A DNA stretch of 64,000 bases from an uncultured Gemmatimonadaceae bacterium. GTDB lineage: Bacteria; Gemmatimonadota; Gemmatimonadetes; Gemmatimonadales; Gemmatimonadaceae. The notes below the pieces were generated by a model that was not told the origin of the DNA, searched no databases, and saw only the letters and a program-made list of their open reading frames with translations. Below, piece after piece: positions 31,959 to 44,817 of this stretch. The stretch is from assembly GCA_963843845.1 (NCBI GenBank), contig CAWJMB010000002.1, forward strand, positions 2,016,001 to 2,080,000. The letters run 5' to 3'. Both the position numbers and the translations under genes were made by a program. Each line of letters opens with the position of its first letter. Position 1 is the stretch's first letter.

Positions 31959-33877
31959 TTGTAGCTCCGCTGCTGCAGATGGACGTTCTCGAACTGCAGC
32001 GCTTCCTTGTTGAGCTTCGGTTCCGCATCGTCGCCGGCGAACTCCCAGGCGGCGACGTACGCGAAGTTGTCGTCGTCGCGCAGCGCCTCGCCGTCTTCCG
32101 TCTGGAACTCTTCCCGGAAGTGGCCGCCGCACGATTCCTCGCGGTGCAACGCGTCGCGGCACATCAGTTCGCCGAGCTCGAGGAAGTCGGCGACCCGAAG
32201 GCCATGCTCCAGCGTCTGATTGAGCGTCGTGTTCGTGCCCGGAATCTTCACGTCGCTCCAGAACTCTTCCCGTAGCGCGGGGATCAGCCGCAACGCCTCC
32301 GTCAGCCCCTCGCGGTTGCGCGCCATCCCGCACTTCTCCCACATGATGTTACCGAGCTCGCGATGAAACGACGCGACCGAGCGCTTCCCCCTGATCGACA
32401 GCAGTCGGTCGACTCGGCCCACCGCGTCGGCGACCGCAGCCCGCACCTCGGGCGCGTCGTTCGTGACGACGTCGAACTTCGTCGAACCGAAGTAGTTGCC
32501 GATCGTGTTGGGCAGGATGAAGTAGCCGTCCGAAAGTCCCTGCATCAGCGCGCTGGCGCCGAGGCGGTTCGCGCCGTGATCGGAGAAGTTCGCCTCGCCA
32601 CCGACGAACAACCCGGGGATCGTGCTCTGCAACTGGTAGTCGACCCACAGCCCGCCCATCGTGTAATGCACGGCCGGGTAGATGCGCATCGGCACCTGGT
32701 ACGGATCTTCGTCCGTGATGCGCTGATACATCTCGAACAGATTGCCGTACCGCTCCTCGATCTTCTTCCGGCCGAGGCGCTGAATCGCGTCGCGGAAGTC
32801 GAGATACACGCCGCGCCCACCCTCCCCGACGCCGCGGCCCTCGTCACACACCTGCTTCGCGGCCCGCGACGCGATGTCGCGCGGAGAGAGGTTGCCGAAG
32901 CTCGGATACTTCCGCTCGAGGTAGTAGTCGCGCGCGTCGTCCGGAATGTCGCCCGGCCGCTTTCCGCAGTCCTCGGCGCGCTTGGGCACCCAGACGCGGC
33001 CGTCATTCCGCAGCGACTCGGACATCAGGGTGAGCTTCGACTGATAGTCGCCGTGAACGGGAATACACGTCGGGTGGATCTGCGTGTAGCACGGATTGCC
33101 GAACGCCGCGCCCTTCCGGTACGCGCGCCAGATCGCCGTCGTGTTGCACCCTTTCGCGTTCGTCGAGAGGTAGAACACATTGCCGTAGCCGCCCGTCGCG
33201 AGGATGACGGCGTCGGCCGTGTAGGCGCGCACCTCGCCGGTCATCTGATCGCGGACGACGACGCCCCGGGCTCGGCCGTCGACGACGATGAGATCGATCA
33301 TGTCGGTGCGGGGGACCATGTTCACGCCCCCCTTCGCGATCTCCTTCTCGAGCGCCTGGTAGCAGCCTAGCAGCAGTTGCTGCCCCGTCTGGCCGCGCGC
33401 GTAGAACGTGCGCGAGACCTGCGCGCCGCCGAACGAGCGATTGTCGAGGAGCCCGCTGTACTCGCGGGCGAACGGCACGCCCTGCGCGACCGCCTGGTCG
33501 ATGATGTGCACCGAGTTCTGCGCGAGGCGGTACACGTTCGCTTCGCGCGCGCGGAAGTCGCCGCCCTTGATCGTGTCGTAGAACAGGCGGAAGACCGAGT
33601 CGCCGTCGTTGTGATAATTCTTCGCCGCGTTGATCCCGCCCTGCGCGGCGATGGAGTGCGCGCGGCGCGGCGAATCCTGGTAGCAGAAGCAGGTGACGTT
33701 GTAGCCGAGCTCACTGAGCGACGCCGCGGCGGCACCGCCGGCGAGGCCGGAGCCGACGACGATGACGTGGTATTTCCGCTTGTTCGCCGGGTTGACGAGC
33801 TTCATGTCGAAGCGCGCCTTCTCCCATTTCAGCTCGATCGGTCCGTCGGGGACGCGTGCGTTCAGTTCCATGACCAT
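31955..33877 (-). CDS. sdhA: Succinate dehydrogenase/fumarate reductase flavoprotein
   Basis: [43 protein letters not shown]. Confidence 0.96.
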   Translation of the reverse strand: MVMELNARVPDGPIELKWEKARFDMKLVNPANKRKYHVIVVGSGLAGGAAAASLSELGYNVTCFCYQDSPRRAHSIAAQGGINAAKNYHNDGDSVFRLFYDTIKGGDFRAREANVYRLAQNSVHIIDQAVAQGVPFAREYSGLLDNRSFGGAQVSRTFYARGQTGQQLLLGCYQALEKEIAKGGVNMVPRTDMIDLIVVDGRARGVVVRDQMTGEVRAYTADAVILATGGYGNVFYLSTNAKGCNTTAIWRAYRKGAAFGNPCYTQIHPTCIPVHGDYQSKLTLMSESLRNDGRVWVPKRAEDCGKRPGDIPDDARDYYLERKYPSFGNLSPRDIASRAAKQVCDEGRGVGEGGRGVYLDFRDAIQRLGRKKIEERYGNLFEMYQRITDEDPYQVPMRIYPAVHYTMGGLWVDYQLQSTIPGLFVGGEANFSDHGANRLGASALMQGLSDGYFILPNTIGNYFGSTKFDVVTNDAPEVRAAVADAVGRVDRLLSIRGKRSVASFHRELGNIMWEKCGMARNREGLTEALRLIPALREEFWSDVKIPGTNTTLNQTLEHGLRVADFLELGELMCRDALHREESCGGHFREEFQTEDGEALRDDDNFAYVAAWEFAGDDAEPKLNKEALQFENVHLQQRSYK

Positions 33878-33884
33878 GACGGCG

Positions 33885-34649
33885 TTAGCGCGGCAAGAGA
33901 GCGGCAGGCTGCACGGGCGCCGGGGCGAAGCGTGGCGCCTCGACTGTCATCGGCCCGTCGAGGACCGGCTGCGCGGCGCCGAGGAAGATGCCGACCGGGA
34001 CCGCCGTGAAGCCGGCCCAGATGACGACCGCGAGTACCAGCGCCGCCTTGCGGCGCAACGGGTGTCGCGAGCTCTTGTTCACGCCGAGCGTGCGGAACGC
34101 ACTCCAGAATCCGTGATAGAGATGCAGCCCCATGAACACCATCGCGACGACGTAGAAGGCGACCCAGAGCGGATTCTGGAATGCGTAGACCAGGTTCGAG
34201 TACACGTCGACGGCATTCGTCGCATCGATCGTGACGAAGCGGTCGTACCCGGGAAACGAGCGGGCCGTGAAGTGCAGGATGTGCAGCACCAGGAACACGA
34301 GCAGCAGGAATCCTCCGAAGCGCATCGTCTTCGACGCGAGCGTCGAGACCTGCGACTCGCGGGTCTTGTACGCCTGCGGTCGCGCGGCGCGCGCCTTCAC
34401 GGTGAGCTGCGTCGCCGCGACCACGTGGAGGACGACGGCGCCGATGAGGATGGCCCGCACGCCCCACAGCTCCAGTCCCACGGTGTGATGCAGGAAATGG
34501 CCGTAGGCGTTGATCTTCTCCGAGCCCTCGAAGACCTGGAGATTGCCGATCATGTGACCGATCACGAAGCCGACGCCGATCAACCCGGTGACGGCCATGA
34601 CGATCTTCTTGCCGATCTGCGATCGCCAGAACGCGCTCACGAGATTCAT
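33885..34649 (-). CDS. sdhC: Succinate dehydrogenase cytochrome b subunit (single five-TM type)
   Basis: [10 protein letters not shown]...GHMIGNL, LH, LHILHF, HLYHG heme-ligand histidines. Confidence 0.92.
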   Translation of the reverse strand: MNLVSAFWRSQIGKKIVMAVTGLIGVGFVIGHMIGNLQVFEGSEKINAYGHFLHHTVGLELWGVRAILIGAVVLHVVAATQLTVKARAARPQAYKTRESQVSTLASKTMRFGGFLLLVFLVLHILHFTARSFPGYDRFVTIDATNAVDVYSNLVYAFQNPLWVAFYVVAMVFMGLHLYHGFWSAFRTLGVNKSSRHPLRRKAALVLAVVIWAGFTAVPVGIFLGAAQPVLDGPMTVEAPRFAPAPVQPAALLPR

Positions 34650-34653
34650 GAGT

Positions 34654-35583
34654 TCAGATGCTGATCTTGGACATCGGCTCGCGAACCGCCTCGGCGCTCT
34701 TCTCGAGTGCGGCACGCTCGTCGTCGGTCAGGTCGACCTCGATCACCTGCTGGAGGCCGCCCTTGCCGAGCTTGCACGGCACGCCGAGGAAGAGGTCGGA
34801 CATCCCGTACTCGCCCTGCAGCCACGCCGCGCACGGCAGGATGCGACGCTGGTCACGCACGATCGCTTCGACCATCTGCACCGCGCCGGCAGACGGGGCA
34901 TAATACGCCGAGCCGGTCTTCAAGTGCTTCACGATCTCGGCGCCGCCGTTCCGCGTACGGTCGACGATCGCGTCGAGCTTATCTTTCGCGAGCAGCTTCG
35001 TGACCGGAATGCCGCTCACCGTCGTGTAGGTGATGAGCGGAACCATCGTGTCTCCGTGTCCGCCCAACACCATCGCCTGGATGTCCCGCACGGAGACGTC
35101 CATCGCCTCGGCGAGGAAGGCGCGGTAGCGCGCCGTGTCGAGAACGCCCGCCATGCCGATGACACGCTCGCGCGGAAACCCCGTCACCTGTTTCGCGACG
35201 TGGCACATCACGTCGAGCGGGTTCGACACCACGATGACGATCGCGTTCGGGGACGTCGCCGCGATCTGCTCGCTGACGGACTTCACGATGCCCGCGTTCG
35301 TGTTCAGCAGATCGTCGCGCGACATGCCCGGCTTGCGCGCGATCCCGGCCGTGATGACGACGAGATCGGAGCCGGCCGTCTCTTCGTAGCCGTTCGTACC
35401 GACCACGCGCGAGTCGAACCCTTCGATCGGCGCCGACTGCCACTGATCGAGCCCCTTTCCCTGCGGAATCCCCTCCGCGACGTCGACCATCACGACGGTG
35501 CCGGCGAGCTCCTTCTCGGCGATACGCTGCGCGGTCGTGGCGCCGACGTTCCCAGCTCCGACGACCGTGATCTTGTTGACCAT
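34654..35583 (-). CDS. mdh: Malate dehydrogenase (LDH-like)
   Basis: [32 protein letters not shown]. Confidence 0.96.
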   Translation of the reverse strand: MVNKITVVGAGNVGATTAQRIAEKELAGTVVMVDVAEGIPQGKGLDQWQSAPIEGFDSRVVGTNGYEETAGSDLVVITAGIARKPGMSRDDLLNTNAGIVKSVSEQIAATSPNAIVIVVSNPLDVMCHVAKQVTGFPRERVIGMAGVLDTARYRAFLAEAMDVSVRDIQAMVLGGHGDTMVPLITYTTVSGIPVTKLLAKDKLDAIVDRTRNGGAEIVKHLKTGSAYYAPSAGAVQMVEAIVRDQRRILPCAAWLQGEYGMSDLFLGVPCKLGKGGLQQVIEVDLTDDERAALEKSAEAVREPMSKISI

Positions 35584-35667
35584 GTTCAGGCGCGTGACGC
35601 GCGGGTTCGAGTGAGCGGGCGTGCAGCCCGCGCAAGGTATTTGGCGTGCGTCGCCGTCGCCACCTGC

Positions 35668-36714
35668 CTAACCGCCGACCTGCGACAGCGCGCGTAACCC
35701 GCCGACGCGTCGCTGTAGCAGCGCGTGCTCGAGCGGTTTCGCGGCGAGCGCTTCGTGTACGAGCGGAGCCAGCGGCGCTCCGGCCCGGAGCGCGTCACGG
35801 AGCAACACTTCGTGATCGCCGTACAGACAGGTGCGCAGTCGCCCGTCGGCCGTGAGGCGCACGCGGTTGCAGGAGCCGCAGTACGTGTGCGTCATCGGCG
35901 TGATGACGCCGAGCGTCCCGGCCGCCCCTTGTAAACGGTAGTAGCGCGCCGGACCGTTCCCCGCTTTCGGGCCGGAGTGTGCGGCGAGCTCACGGCCGAG
36001 CCGGTCGCCGAGCGTAGAGAGACGATCGACGATCTCCTCGGTCGGGACCACGGACGCGAGCGCCGACCCGCCTTCGCGCTCGACGTTCTCGGCGAGCTCA
36101 CCCACCGGCATCAGCTCGATGAAGCGCACGTGCCACGGCTGGACGAGCGTCAGCCCCGCGAACGCCTCGAGCTCGTCGTCGTTCATGCCGCGGATGACGA
36201 CGACGTTCAACTTGACCGGGGTCAGCCCCGCTCGTTGTGCGGCGCTCGCCGCGCGGATCGGGTCGAAGTCCAGGTCCCGGCGCGCGAGGGCAGCGATGCG
36301 GTGCGGCTGGAGCGAGTCCACACTGATGTTCACCCGGTCGACGCCTGCCTCGCGCAGGCGCGTGGCCAGCGCGTCATCCTGGCAGAGCCGCACCCCGTTG
36401 GTGGACAGCGCGAGATCGTCGACTTCCGGCACCGCGCGGATGAGCCGGACGATGCGCTCGAGGTCAGGACGAATCGTCGGCTCGCCGCCCGTGAGCCGGA
36501 TGCGGCGGAGGCCAAGTGGGGCGAGCTGGCGAACGATCTCCCCGATCTCGTCGGGCGTCAGCAGCTCGCCCCGCGGAATCCAGGGGAGCCCCGCGGCGGG
36601 CATGCAGTACACGCAGCGGAAGTTGCACCGGTCGGTGACCGAGATGCGCAGATACTCGATGCGGCGACCGAACTGGTCGTGCAGCGACGGCGTAGGCGTT
36701 GCCGAGTCGATCAC
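35668..36714 (-). CDS. moaA: GTP 3',8-cyclase
   Basis: LRISVTDRCNFRCVYC, YCGSCNRVRLTADG, C-terminal GG. Confidence 0.96.
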   Translation of the reverse strand: MIDSATPTPSLHDQFGRRIEYLRISVTDRCNFRCVYCMPAAGLPWIPRGELLTPDEIGEIVRQLAPLGLRRIRLTGGEPTIRPDLERIVRLIRAVPEVDDLALSTNGVRLCQDDALATRLREAGVDRVNISVDSLQPHRIAALARRDLDFDPIRAASAAQRAGLTPVKLNVVVIRGMNDDELEAFAGLTLVQPWHVRFIELMPVGELAENVEREGGSALASVVPTEEIVDRLSTLGDRLGRELAAHSGPKAGNGPARYYRLQGAAGTLGVITPMTHTYCGSCNRVRLTADGRLRTCLYGDHEVLLRDALRAGAPLAPLVHEALAAKPLEHALLQRRVGGLRALSQVGG

Positions 36715-37202
36715 GGTGTCGCGCCGGTCGAAGCCGCCTGTCGCGTGGGATCGACCCACTCGATCGTCCCGTCGGCGAAGTGCTCGCGCTTCCAGATCGG
36801 CACGCGGCCCTTCAGCAACTCGATGGCGTCCGCACACGCGGCGATCGCCTCCGCTCGGTGGGCGTGGCTCGCCGCGATCACCACGCTCGCCTCGCCCACG
36901 CGCAACGTGCCCAGCCGGTGCGCGATAGCGAGGCGGGTTCCTGCGTGTCGCGCCTGCACCTCGGCGGCGACGGCCGCCATCTCGCGCGCCGCCATCGCCT
37001 CGTACGCCTCGTAATCGATCCGATCGACGCGCCGCCCACCGTGCACGTCGCGAACGGTGCCGACGAACAGCGACGTCGCGCCGGCGCCCTCGTGCGCGAT
37101 CATCGCGGCAACGGCCGCCACGTCGAGTGGCTCGTGAACGAGCGTCACCGCCGTCGGCGGGAACACCGCGGCGGTCGCAGCGGGATCGGAGGAGCGGATC
37201 AT
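36711..37202 (-). CDS. moaE: Molybdopterin synthase catalytic subunit
   Basis: FVGTVR, YEAY, HRLG.L.VGE, SHAHR, VPIWKRE. Confidence 0.95.
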   Translation of the reverse strand: MIRSSDPAATAAVFPPTAVTLVHEPLDVAAVAAMIAHEGAGATSLFVGTVRDVHGGRRVDRIDYEAYEAMAAREMAAVAAEVQARHAGTRLAIAHRLGTLRVGEASVVIAASHAHRAEAIAACADAIELLKGRVPIWKREHFADGTIEWVDPTRQAASTGATP

Positions 37203-37218
37203 CGACGACGTGACGCCG

Positions 37219-37455
37219 TCACCCGCCGGCGACCGGCGGAATCAGCGCGATCTCGTCGCCAGCGGCGAGAACTCGATGGGGCGGTGCGTACGTCAGATTG
37301 ACCGCCACGAGGGGGTCTGGCGGGAGAGACCTGGCCGCAGGAATGGCGCGCACCGCGGCGACGAGCTCGGCGACGGTGGCACCGCCGTGGAGTGGCACGT
37401 CGATCGACGGAGCGCCGAAAGCGTCTGCATACGAGGCGAACAGGAGCACGCGCAT
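37219..37455 (-). CDS. moaD: Molybdopterin synthase sulfur carrier subunit
   Basis: MRVLLFA...VAVN...GDEIALIPPVAGG. Confidence 0.93.
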   Translation of the reverse strand: MRVLLFASYADAFGAPSIDVPLHGGATVAELVAAVRAIPAARSLPPDPLVAVNLTYAPPHRVLAAGDEIALIPPVAGG

Positions 37456-37506
37456 GTCGGACAATCTAACCCGTGCGGTCGCGCAGAACGGCACCACGGA
37501 AACGAT

Positions 37507-37537
37507 GCGGCCCCCGCGCGATGTGCGCGGGGGCCGC
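37507..37537 (-). terminator. Hairpin terminator after the HU/IHF gene
   Basis: 13-bp stem gcggcccccgcgc / gcgcgggggccgc, then ATCGTTT. Confidence 0.55.
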
Positions 37538-37558
37538 TGGAGTCCGAAACCGGGGCCG

Positions 37559-37891
37559 TCAGTCCATCATCTCCGCTTCCGTGATCTCACTCACGTCGAC
37601 GCCCGCCACGAGCGCACGCAGTTCCTTGGATGGCTTGAACACTGGCACCGGACGCGCCGACACCTCGACCGGGGAGCCCGTACGAGGATTGCGCGCCATC
37701 CGCGTCTTGCGCTGACGGATCTTGAACGTGCCGAATCCGCGGACCTCGATGTTTCGCTGGTCGTGGAGCGCGTCCTTGATCGCGTCGAGAAACGAATCGA
37801 CGACGCGGGCGCAGTCTTTCTTCGAAATGGTCGGGCCCGCCGTTTGAGCAATCGTCGCGGTCACGCGCTCGACCAGGTCTGCTTTGGTCAT
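37559..37891 (-). CDS. HU/IHF-family DNA-binding protein
   Basis: MTKADL, IEVRGFGTF, ARNPRTG, PVFKPSKEL. Confidence 0.95.
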   Translation of the reverse strand: MTKADLVERVTATIAQTAGPTISKKDCARVVDSFLDAIKDALHDQRNIEVRGFGTFKIRQRKTRMARNPRTGSPVEVSARPVPVFKPSKELRALVAGVDVSEITEAEMMD

Positions 37892-37949
37892 CAGTGAGTC
37901 TCGAAGCAGGCGCTTGCCACCCGGCGGGTCGGGCCCGCTCGAAGCAGCG

Positions 37950-37978
37950 AAGGTAGGACGTTAGTCGTTGTGTGTCAA
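37950..37978 (-). promoter_or_regulatory. Sigma70-type promoter of the HU/IHF gene
   Basis: TTGACA-N17-TACCTT. Confidence 0.7.
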
Positions 37979-38022
37979 GAAGTTGGCCCACCTCGACCGG
38001 TCGCGCCCGCCGGTCGGAATCG

Positions 38023-39138
38023 TTAGGCGCGGCGGTCGCGAACGCTCGCCATGAAGCGGTCGAACAGTGGAACCGCGTCGTGCGGACCGGGGGCCGCTTC
38101 GGGGTGGTACTGCACGCCGAATACGGGGAGCTCGCGATGCGCGAGTCCCTCGATCGTGCCGTCGTTCAGGTTCACGTGCGTCACCTCGAGCGCTGGCGCG
38201 TCGGTGACTTCCTCGCGCGTGCCGGCGACCGCGAAGCCGTGATTCTGCGACGTGATGAGCACCTGCCCCGACTCGACGTCGAGCACGGGATGATTTCCAC
38301 CCCGGTGCCCGTACGGCATCTTGACCGTGTGACCGCCGAACGTCAGCCCGAGCAGTTGGTGGCCCAGGCAGATCCCGAACGTGGGCACTCCGGCGTCGGC
38401 GATGCGCCGAATGTTCTCCGGCGCGTAGGTCACGGCCGCCGGATCGCCCGGCCCGTTCGACAGAAACACGCCGTCCGGCCGCTGGGCGAGCACCTCGTCC
38501 GCCGGGGTATCGGACGGCACCACGGTCACGACGCAGTCGTGCGCTTCGAACAGGCGCAGGATGTTGCGCTTGATGCCGAAGTCGTAGGCGATGATCCGAT
38601 GCGGAGCCGACGGGTCGCCCCACGTATACGTGTGCTTCGTCGACACCCGGCTCGCGAGGTCGAGACCCTCCATCGGGGGGCACGCGTCGAGCGCCGCGAG
38701 CGCCTCCGCCGACGGCGTCTCGCCCACCCCAATGACCCCTCGCATGACGCCCGCCGAGCGCAGGTGCCGCGTCAACCGTCGGGTATCGACTTCGGTCAGC
38801 ACCGGAATCGACGCGTCAGCGAGCCACGCCCTGAGCCCACCGCTCGCGCGCCAGTTCGAGAATGTCGGCGACAGTTCGCGCACGATCACGCCGGCGATAT
38901 GGGGCGCTGGCGACTCGGGGTCCTCGGCGTTGACGCCGTAGTTCCCGATCATCGGCGCCGTCATCACGACGATCTGCCCCTCGTACGAGGGATCGGTGAA
39001 CACCTCCTGGTACCCGGTCATGTTCGTCGTGAACACGACCTCGGCCACCGTCGGCGCGTCCGAGCCGAGGAGCTCGCCTGCGAAAAGGGTTCCGTCCTCG
39101 AGGAGGAGGAACCCTGGCGTGCTATCGAAGACTGCCAC
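38023..39138 (-). CDS. carA: Carbamoyl-phosphate synthase small subunit
   Basis: LLLEDG, MTGYQEVFTDPSY, SNGPGDP, GICLGHQ, QYHPEAAPGPHD. Confidence 0.96.
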   Translation of the reverse strand: MAVFDSTPGFLLLEDGTLFAGELLGSDAPTVAEVVFTTNMTGYQEVFTDPSYEGQIVVMTAPMIGNYGVNAEDPESPAPHIAGVIVRELSPTFSNWRASGGLRAWLADASIPVLTEVDTRRLTRHLRSAGVMRGVIGVGETPSAEALAALDACPPMEGLDLASRVSTKHTYTWGDPSAPHRIIAYDFGIKRNILRLFEAHDCVVTVVPSDTPADEVLAQRPDGVFLSNGPGDPAAVTYAPENIRRIADAGVPTFGICLGHQLLGLTFGGHTVKMPYGHRGGNHPVLDVESGQVLITSQNHGFAVAGTREEVTDAPALEVTHVNLNDGTIEGLAHRELPVFGVQYHPEAAPGPHDAVPLFDRFMASVRDRRA

Positions 39139-39149
39139 GGAGACGCCGG

Positions 39150-39545
39150 TCAGGGCGTCTTCGTGCCGCCGGCCGCTCCGGCTGGCGCGGCCGGCACGGG
39201 GGTCGGCGACAGCGGAACCGCCGGTGCAGCGGCTCCCGGAGCGGCGACGGGTGCCGCAGGCTGCGCTGCAGGCTGGACGGCCTGATCGAGAACCGAGCGG
39301 GGCGTGCGAGTGCGGCCACCGGCGAGCTGCAGGATGAACGCGAGGGCGAGGAAGACGCCGCCCGCCCACCAGCTCGTGCGCGTCAACAGATTTCCTGCCT
39401 GCCGGCTGCCGATCAGCGCGTCGGCGGTCGACGACGCGCCACCGAAGTTGGCGGCGAGCCCGCTCCCCTTCCCCGCTTGCAGGAGGATCGCCCCGACGAG
39501 CACGAAGCAGTCGAGAATCAGCAGAACGAGCAGGAACGTGTACAT
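39150..39545 (-). CDS. secG: Preprotein translocase subunit SecG with a Pro/Ala-rich tail
   Basis: ILLQAGKGSGL, NLLTRTS; follows tpiA. Confidence 0.93.
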   Translation of the reverse strand: MYTFLLVLLILDCFVLVGAILLQAGKGSGLAANFGGASSTADALIGSRQAGNLLTRTSWWAGGVFLALAFILQLAGGRTRTPRSVLDQAVQPAAQPAAPVAAPGAAAPAVPLSPTPVPAAPAGAAGGTKTP

Positions 39546-39634
39546 CGAACGGGGCTGGAGGAGACGCGGCCTAGCGCACGCAAGCCCTGAATATGTCGAG
39601 AGTTAGCCGCTCGGGTCAAGCCGGCGAGGCGTAC

Positions 39635-40384
39635 TCAGTCCTGGCAGATCGCGGCCCAGTTGCCGGCGTCCAGACTCGCGCCGCCGACGAGCAGCCCATC
39701 GACGTTCGGTGCGGCGAGGAGCAACTTCGCGTTCCCGCGGTTGACACTGCCGCCGTACAGAATCGGCACGACCGCCGCCCGCTCGCCGACACGCGCGCGC
39801 AGCGCGGCACGGATCGCGCCGTGCACGGCCGACGCATCGTCGGGCGTTGCGGTGCGACCGGTGCCGATCGCCCAGACCGGCTCGTACGCGATCAGCATGC
39901 TGGTCACGTGCGCTGTCTCGAGCTTCTCGATCCCGGCCGCGAGTTGGCGGAGCACCACCTGCTCGGTCAGCCCGGCTTCTCGCTCGTCGAGCGTCTCCCC
40001 CACGCAGAGCATCGGCGTCAGACCGGCCTTCACGACCAGATCGCACTTGAGGCTCGTCTGCGCATCGGTCTCGCCGAACACGTGACGTCGTTCGGAGTGA
40101 CCCACGAGAACGAGACGCGCCCCCGCATCGCGCGCCATCGCCGCCGAGATCTCACCGGTGAACGCTCCCGAGGGCTCGTGATGGACATTCTGCACGCCGA
40201 TGACGAACTCCGACCGATCTTCCAACGCCTCACGAAGGGCCGCGACGGTGATCGACGGCGGGAAGAAAGCGACCGTGCGATCGGTGTCGCGCGGGAAGTG
40301 GGCGAGGAACGACCGAACGAACGCCCGCGCGTCCGTGGGGCCGTGATTCATCTTCCAGTTCGCGGCGAAGATCGGCTTCAGCAT
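39635..40384 (-). CDS. tpiA: Triosephosphate isomerase
   Basis: ANWKMN, GHSERR, AYEPVWAIGTG, LVGGASL. Confidence 0.97.
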   Translation of the reverse strand: MLKPIFAANWKMNHGPTDARAFVRSFLAHFPRDTDRTVAFFPPSITVAALREALEDRSEFVIGVQNVHHEPSGAFTGEISAAMARDAGARLVLVGHSERRHVFGETDAQTSLKCDLVVKAGLTPMLCVGETLDEREAGLTEQVVLRQLAAGIEKLETAHVTSMLIAYEPVWAIGTGRTATPDDASAVHGAIRAALRARVGERAAVVPILYGGSVNRGNAKLLLAAPNVDGLLVGGASLDAGNWAAICQD

Positions 40385-41586
40385 CAGTTCCCCCCCGTGT
40401 CGAGCGCCGCGACGCCGGGGAGCGGCTTCCCCTCGAGGAACTCGAGCGACGCGCCGCCGCCGGTCGACACGTGCGTCACTGCGTGCGTCAGGCCCGCATC
40501 GGAGATCGCCGCCGCGGAGTCCCCGCCACCGACGATGGTCGTCGCGCCGTGCGCCGTGGCGTCGGCGAGTGCCTTCGCGACGCCCAGCGTGCCGGCATCG
40601 AACGGCGGGGTCTCGAACACACCCATCGGTCCGTTCCACAGCACCGTCCCCGCCTGGCGAACGAGCTCGCCGAACCGTGCGATGGTTCGTGGCCCGACGT
40701 CGTACATCGCCTGGTCCTTCGGAATCGCATCGCGGGCGACGGTCTGCGTGCTCGCGTCGCTCGCGAGCGTCCGCGCGACGACGGCGTCGATCGGCAGCAC
40801 GATCTTGTCACCGGCCTTCGCGACGAGGTCGCGCGCGAGGTCGACGCGGTCGGGCTCGACTAGCGACGTGCCGGTCTCGAGCCCCATCGCCCGGAAGAAC
40901 GTGTTCGCCATCGCCCCGCCGATCAGCATGCGGTCGACCTTCGGCAGTAGCGAGTCGATGACGTCGAGCTTTCCGGAGATCTTCGCGCCGCCGAGGATCG
41001 CGACGAACGGCCGCTTCGGTTCCGTGAGTGCGTCGCCGAGGTAGCCGAGCTCCTTCTCCATCAACAGCCCGGCGACGGCCGGTCGCAGATGATGCGCGAC
41101 GCCCTCTGTCGACGCGTGGGCACGGTGCGCCGCGCCGAACGCGTCGTTCACGTAGAAGTCGCCGAGCTGTGCGAGCTGGCGCGCGAGCCGCTCGTCGTTC
41201 GCTTCCTCCCCGGGGAGGAAGCGCGTGTTCTCGAGCAGCAGGACCTGACCCGGCTCGAGGCGCTGCGTGCACTGAACCGCCTCGTCGGTGTCCGTCGACT
41301 CGCAGAAGTCGACCTGCGTGTCTGGCATCAGCGCCGCGAGTCGGATCGCGACAGCTTGCAACGAGTACTTCGCGTCTGGCGCCCCCTTCGGCCGTCCCAG
41401 GTGCGCGAGCAAGACGACACGCGCCCCGCGATCGAGCAGCGCGCGGAGCGTGGGGATGGCGGCGGTGATCCGAGTGTCGTCGCCCACCTTGCCGTCGTCG
41501 AGCGGCACGTTGAAATCGACGCGGACGAGCGCGCGTCTTCCGCGAACCGTGTCGTCCGAAAGCCCGCGAATCGTCTGGACAGCCAT
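40384..41586 (-). CDS. pgk: Phosphoglycerate kinase
   Basis: RVDFNVP, NDAFGAAHRAHAS, WNGPMGVFE, STGGGASLE. Confidence 0.97.
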   Translation of the reverse strand: MAVQTIRGLSDDTVRGRRALVRVDFNVPLDDGKVGDDTRITAAIPTLRALLDRGARVVLLAHLGRPKGAPDAKYSLQAVAIRLAALMPDTQVDFCESTDTDEAVQCTQRLEPGQVLLLENTRFLPGEEANDERLARQLAQLGDFYVNDAFGAAHRAHASTEGVAHHLRPAVAGLLMEKELGYLGDALTEPKRPFVAILGGAKISGKLDVIDSLLPKVDRMLIGGAMANTFFRAMGLETGTSLVEPDRVDLARDLVAKAGDKIVLPIDAVVARTLASDASTQTVARDAIPKDQAMYDVGPRTIARFGELVRQAGTVLWNGPMGVFETPPFDAGTLGVAKALADATAHGATTIVGGGDSAAAISDAGLTHAVTHVSTGGGASLEFLEGKPLPGVAALDTGGN

Positions 41587-41589
41587 GCG

Positions 41590-43491
<1,902 letters not shown>

Positions 43492-43495
<4 letters not shown>

Positions 43496-44325
43496 GCACC
43501 CATCCACGGGGGCCGACCGCCGACCGCGTCCCACATCGCGTCGCGCGACGCGGTGACGCCGAACCACTGTTCGAACGCGAGCGCCGCCTGCTCCACCAGC
43601 ATCGGCAACCCGTCGGACGCGGCGTGCCCGCGAGCGCGCGCCTCGCGAACCCAGCGAGTCTCCCCGCGGCGATACACGAGGTCGACGACCGCGGCCTCAT
43701 CGTCGAGCCGGTCGACCGGCGCCGGGAGCGGATCGCCGTGCGCGAGCCCGAGCGGCGTCGCGTTGACCACGAGCGTGGCACCGCGAAGCGCCGCCGCCAG
43801 CGTCGGCGCGACGGATGCGCGCGGGAAGCGCGCGGCGAGCGTCGCGGCCCGCTCCAGGGAACGGCTCCAGACACGGGCGCGCGCATCCGGGTGCCGCTCG
43901 AGCGCGGCGAGCACGGCGCCGGCGGCCCCCCCGGCGCCGATCAGGGCGACGGCGTCGGGCACGTTGGCCACCAGCGCGCGCACGCTCACGTCGAACCCAC
44001 CGACGTCCGTGTTGTCGCCGACGAGTGCGCCGTCCTCGACCCAGAACGTGTTGACGGCGCCTGCCCGCTCGGCGATGCGTGTCCGCCGCGAGCAGTGGGC
44101 CGCGACGCGCGCCTTGTGGGGCCGCGTGACGTTGCCCGCCGCGCCCTGCGCGACGAGCAGGGCGAGCGTGGCATCGAGATCGGAGGGCGCGACGTCGAGC
44201 GCTTCATATGTCAGCACGATGCCCGCTGCGTCGAGCGCCGCGGCGTGTAGGGCCGGCGACAGCGTATGGCCTAACGGGTGGCCGAGGAGCACGAGCCGGC
44301 GCGACCGCTCCCGCGACGCACTCAC
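43492..44325 (-). CDS. aroE: Shikimate dehydrogenase
   Basis: GHPLGHTLSP, NVTRPHK, GAVNT, NTDVGG, GAGGAA, NATPLG. Confidence 0.93.
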
Positions 44326-44804
44326 CGCTCGCGCGCGTGCCCCGGCGGCGTACCGCGCGGCAGGACGCGATCCAGCGCCCGACGGATCTCGCGATCCAGT
44401 TGCGCGAACGTCGCTCGATACTGCTCCAGGTCGCCACCGAACGGATCGGCGACACCGGAAGCGCTGCCGTCGCCCGCCGCGAACGCCGTCAGCAGATGGC
44501 TCTTCCCCGCCCCTCCGAGCTCCACGACGCGCGCGAGATGCTGCGGCGACATCGTGAGCACGACGTCGGCTTCGGCGACGGCGTCCGGCGTCAGCAACCG
44601 GGCGCGATGCAGTCCGAGATCGAGTCCGTTCTCCATGCCGACGAGGAGCGCCCCGTCGGACGCGGCGGCGCCGTCGTAGGCCCCGGTTCCGGCGCTCGTC
44701 ACCGTGACGTCGGTCAGCCCGCGATCGAGCGAGGCGCGCCGCGCGATCGCTTCGGCCATCGGGCTGCGACACGTATTGCCGGTACAGACGAAGAGGATGT
44801 GCAT
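44322..44804 (-). CDS. Low-molecular-weight phosphatase, YwlE (protein-arginine phosphatase)-like
   Basis: LFVCTGNTCRSPMAE, DPFGG; next to tsaC, as in the Bacillus ywlC/ywlE neighbourhood. Confidence 0.88.
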   Translation of the reverse strand: MHILFVCTGNTCRSPMAEAIARRASLDRGLTDVTVTSAGTGAYDGAAASDGALLVGMENGLDLGLHRARLLTPDAVAEADVVLTMSPQHLARVVELGGAGKSHLLTAFAAGDGSASGVADPFGGDLEQYRATFAQLDREIRRALDRVLPRGTPPGHARER

Positions 44805-44817
44805 CGATCGGATGGGT

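Noticed and set aside
35668..37455. moaDEA near nuoG suggesting a molybdenum-containing complex I input module
   Set aside because: NuoG is shortened, has no evident Mo-cofactor ligand region and sits with normal nuoEF; the moa genes form a separate unit.
38023..39138. carA without an adjacent carB, and ispD without ispF
   Set aside because: Split arrangements are common and the partner genes may lie outside the window.
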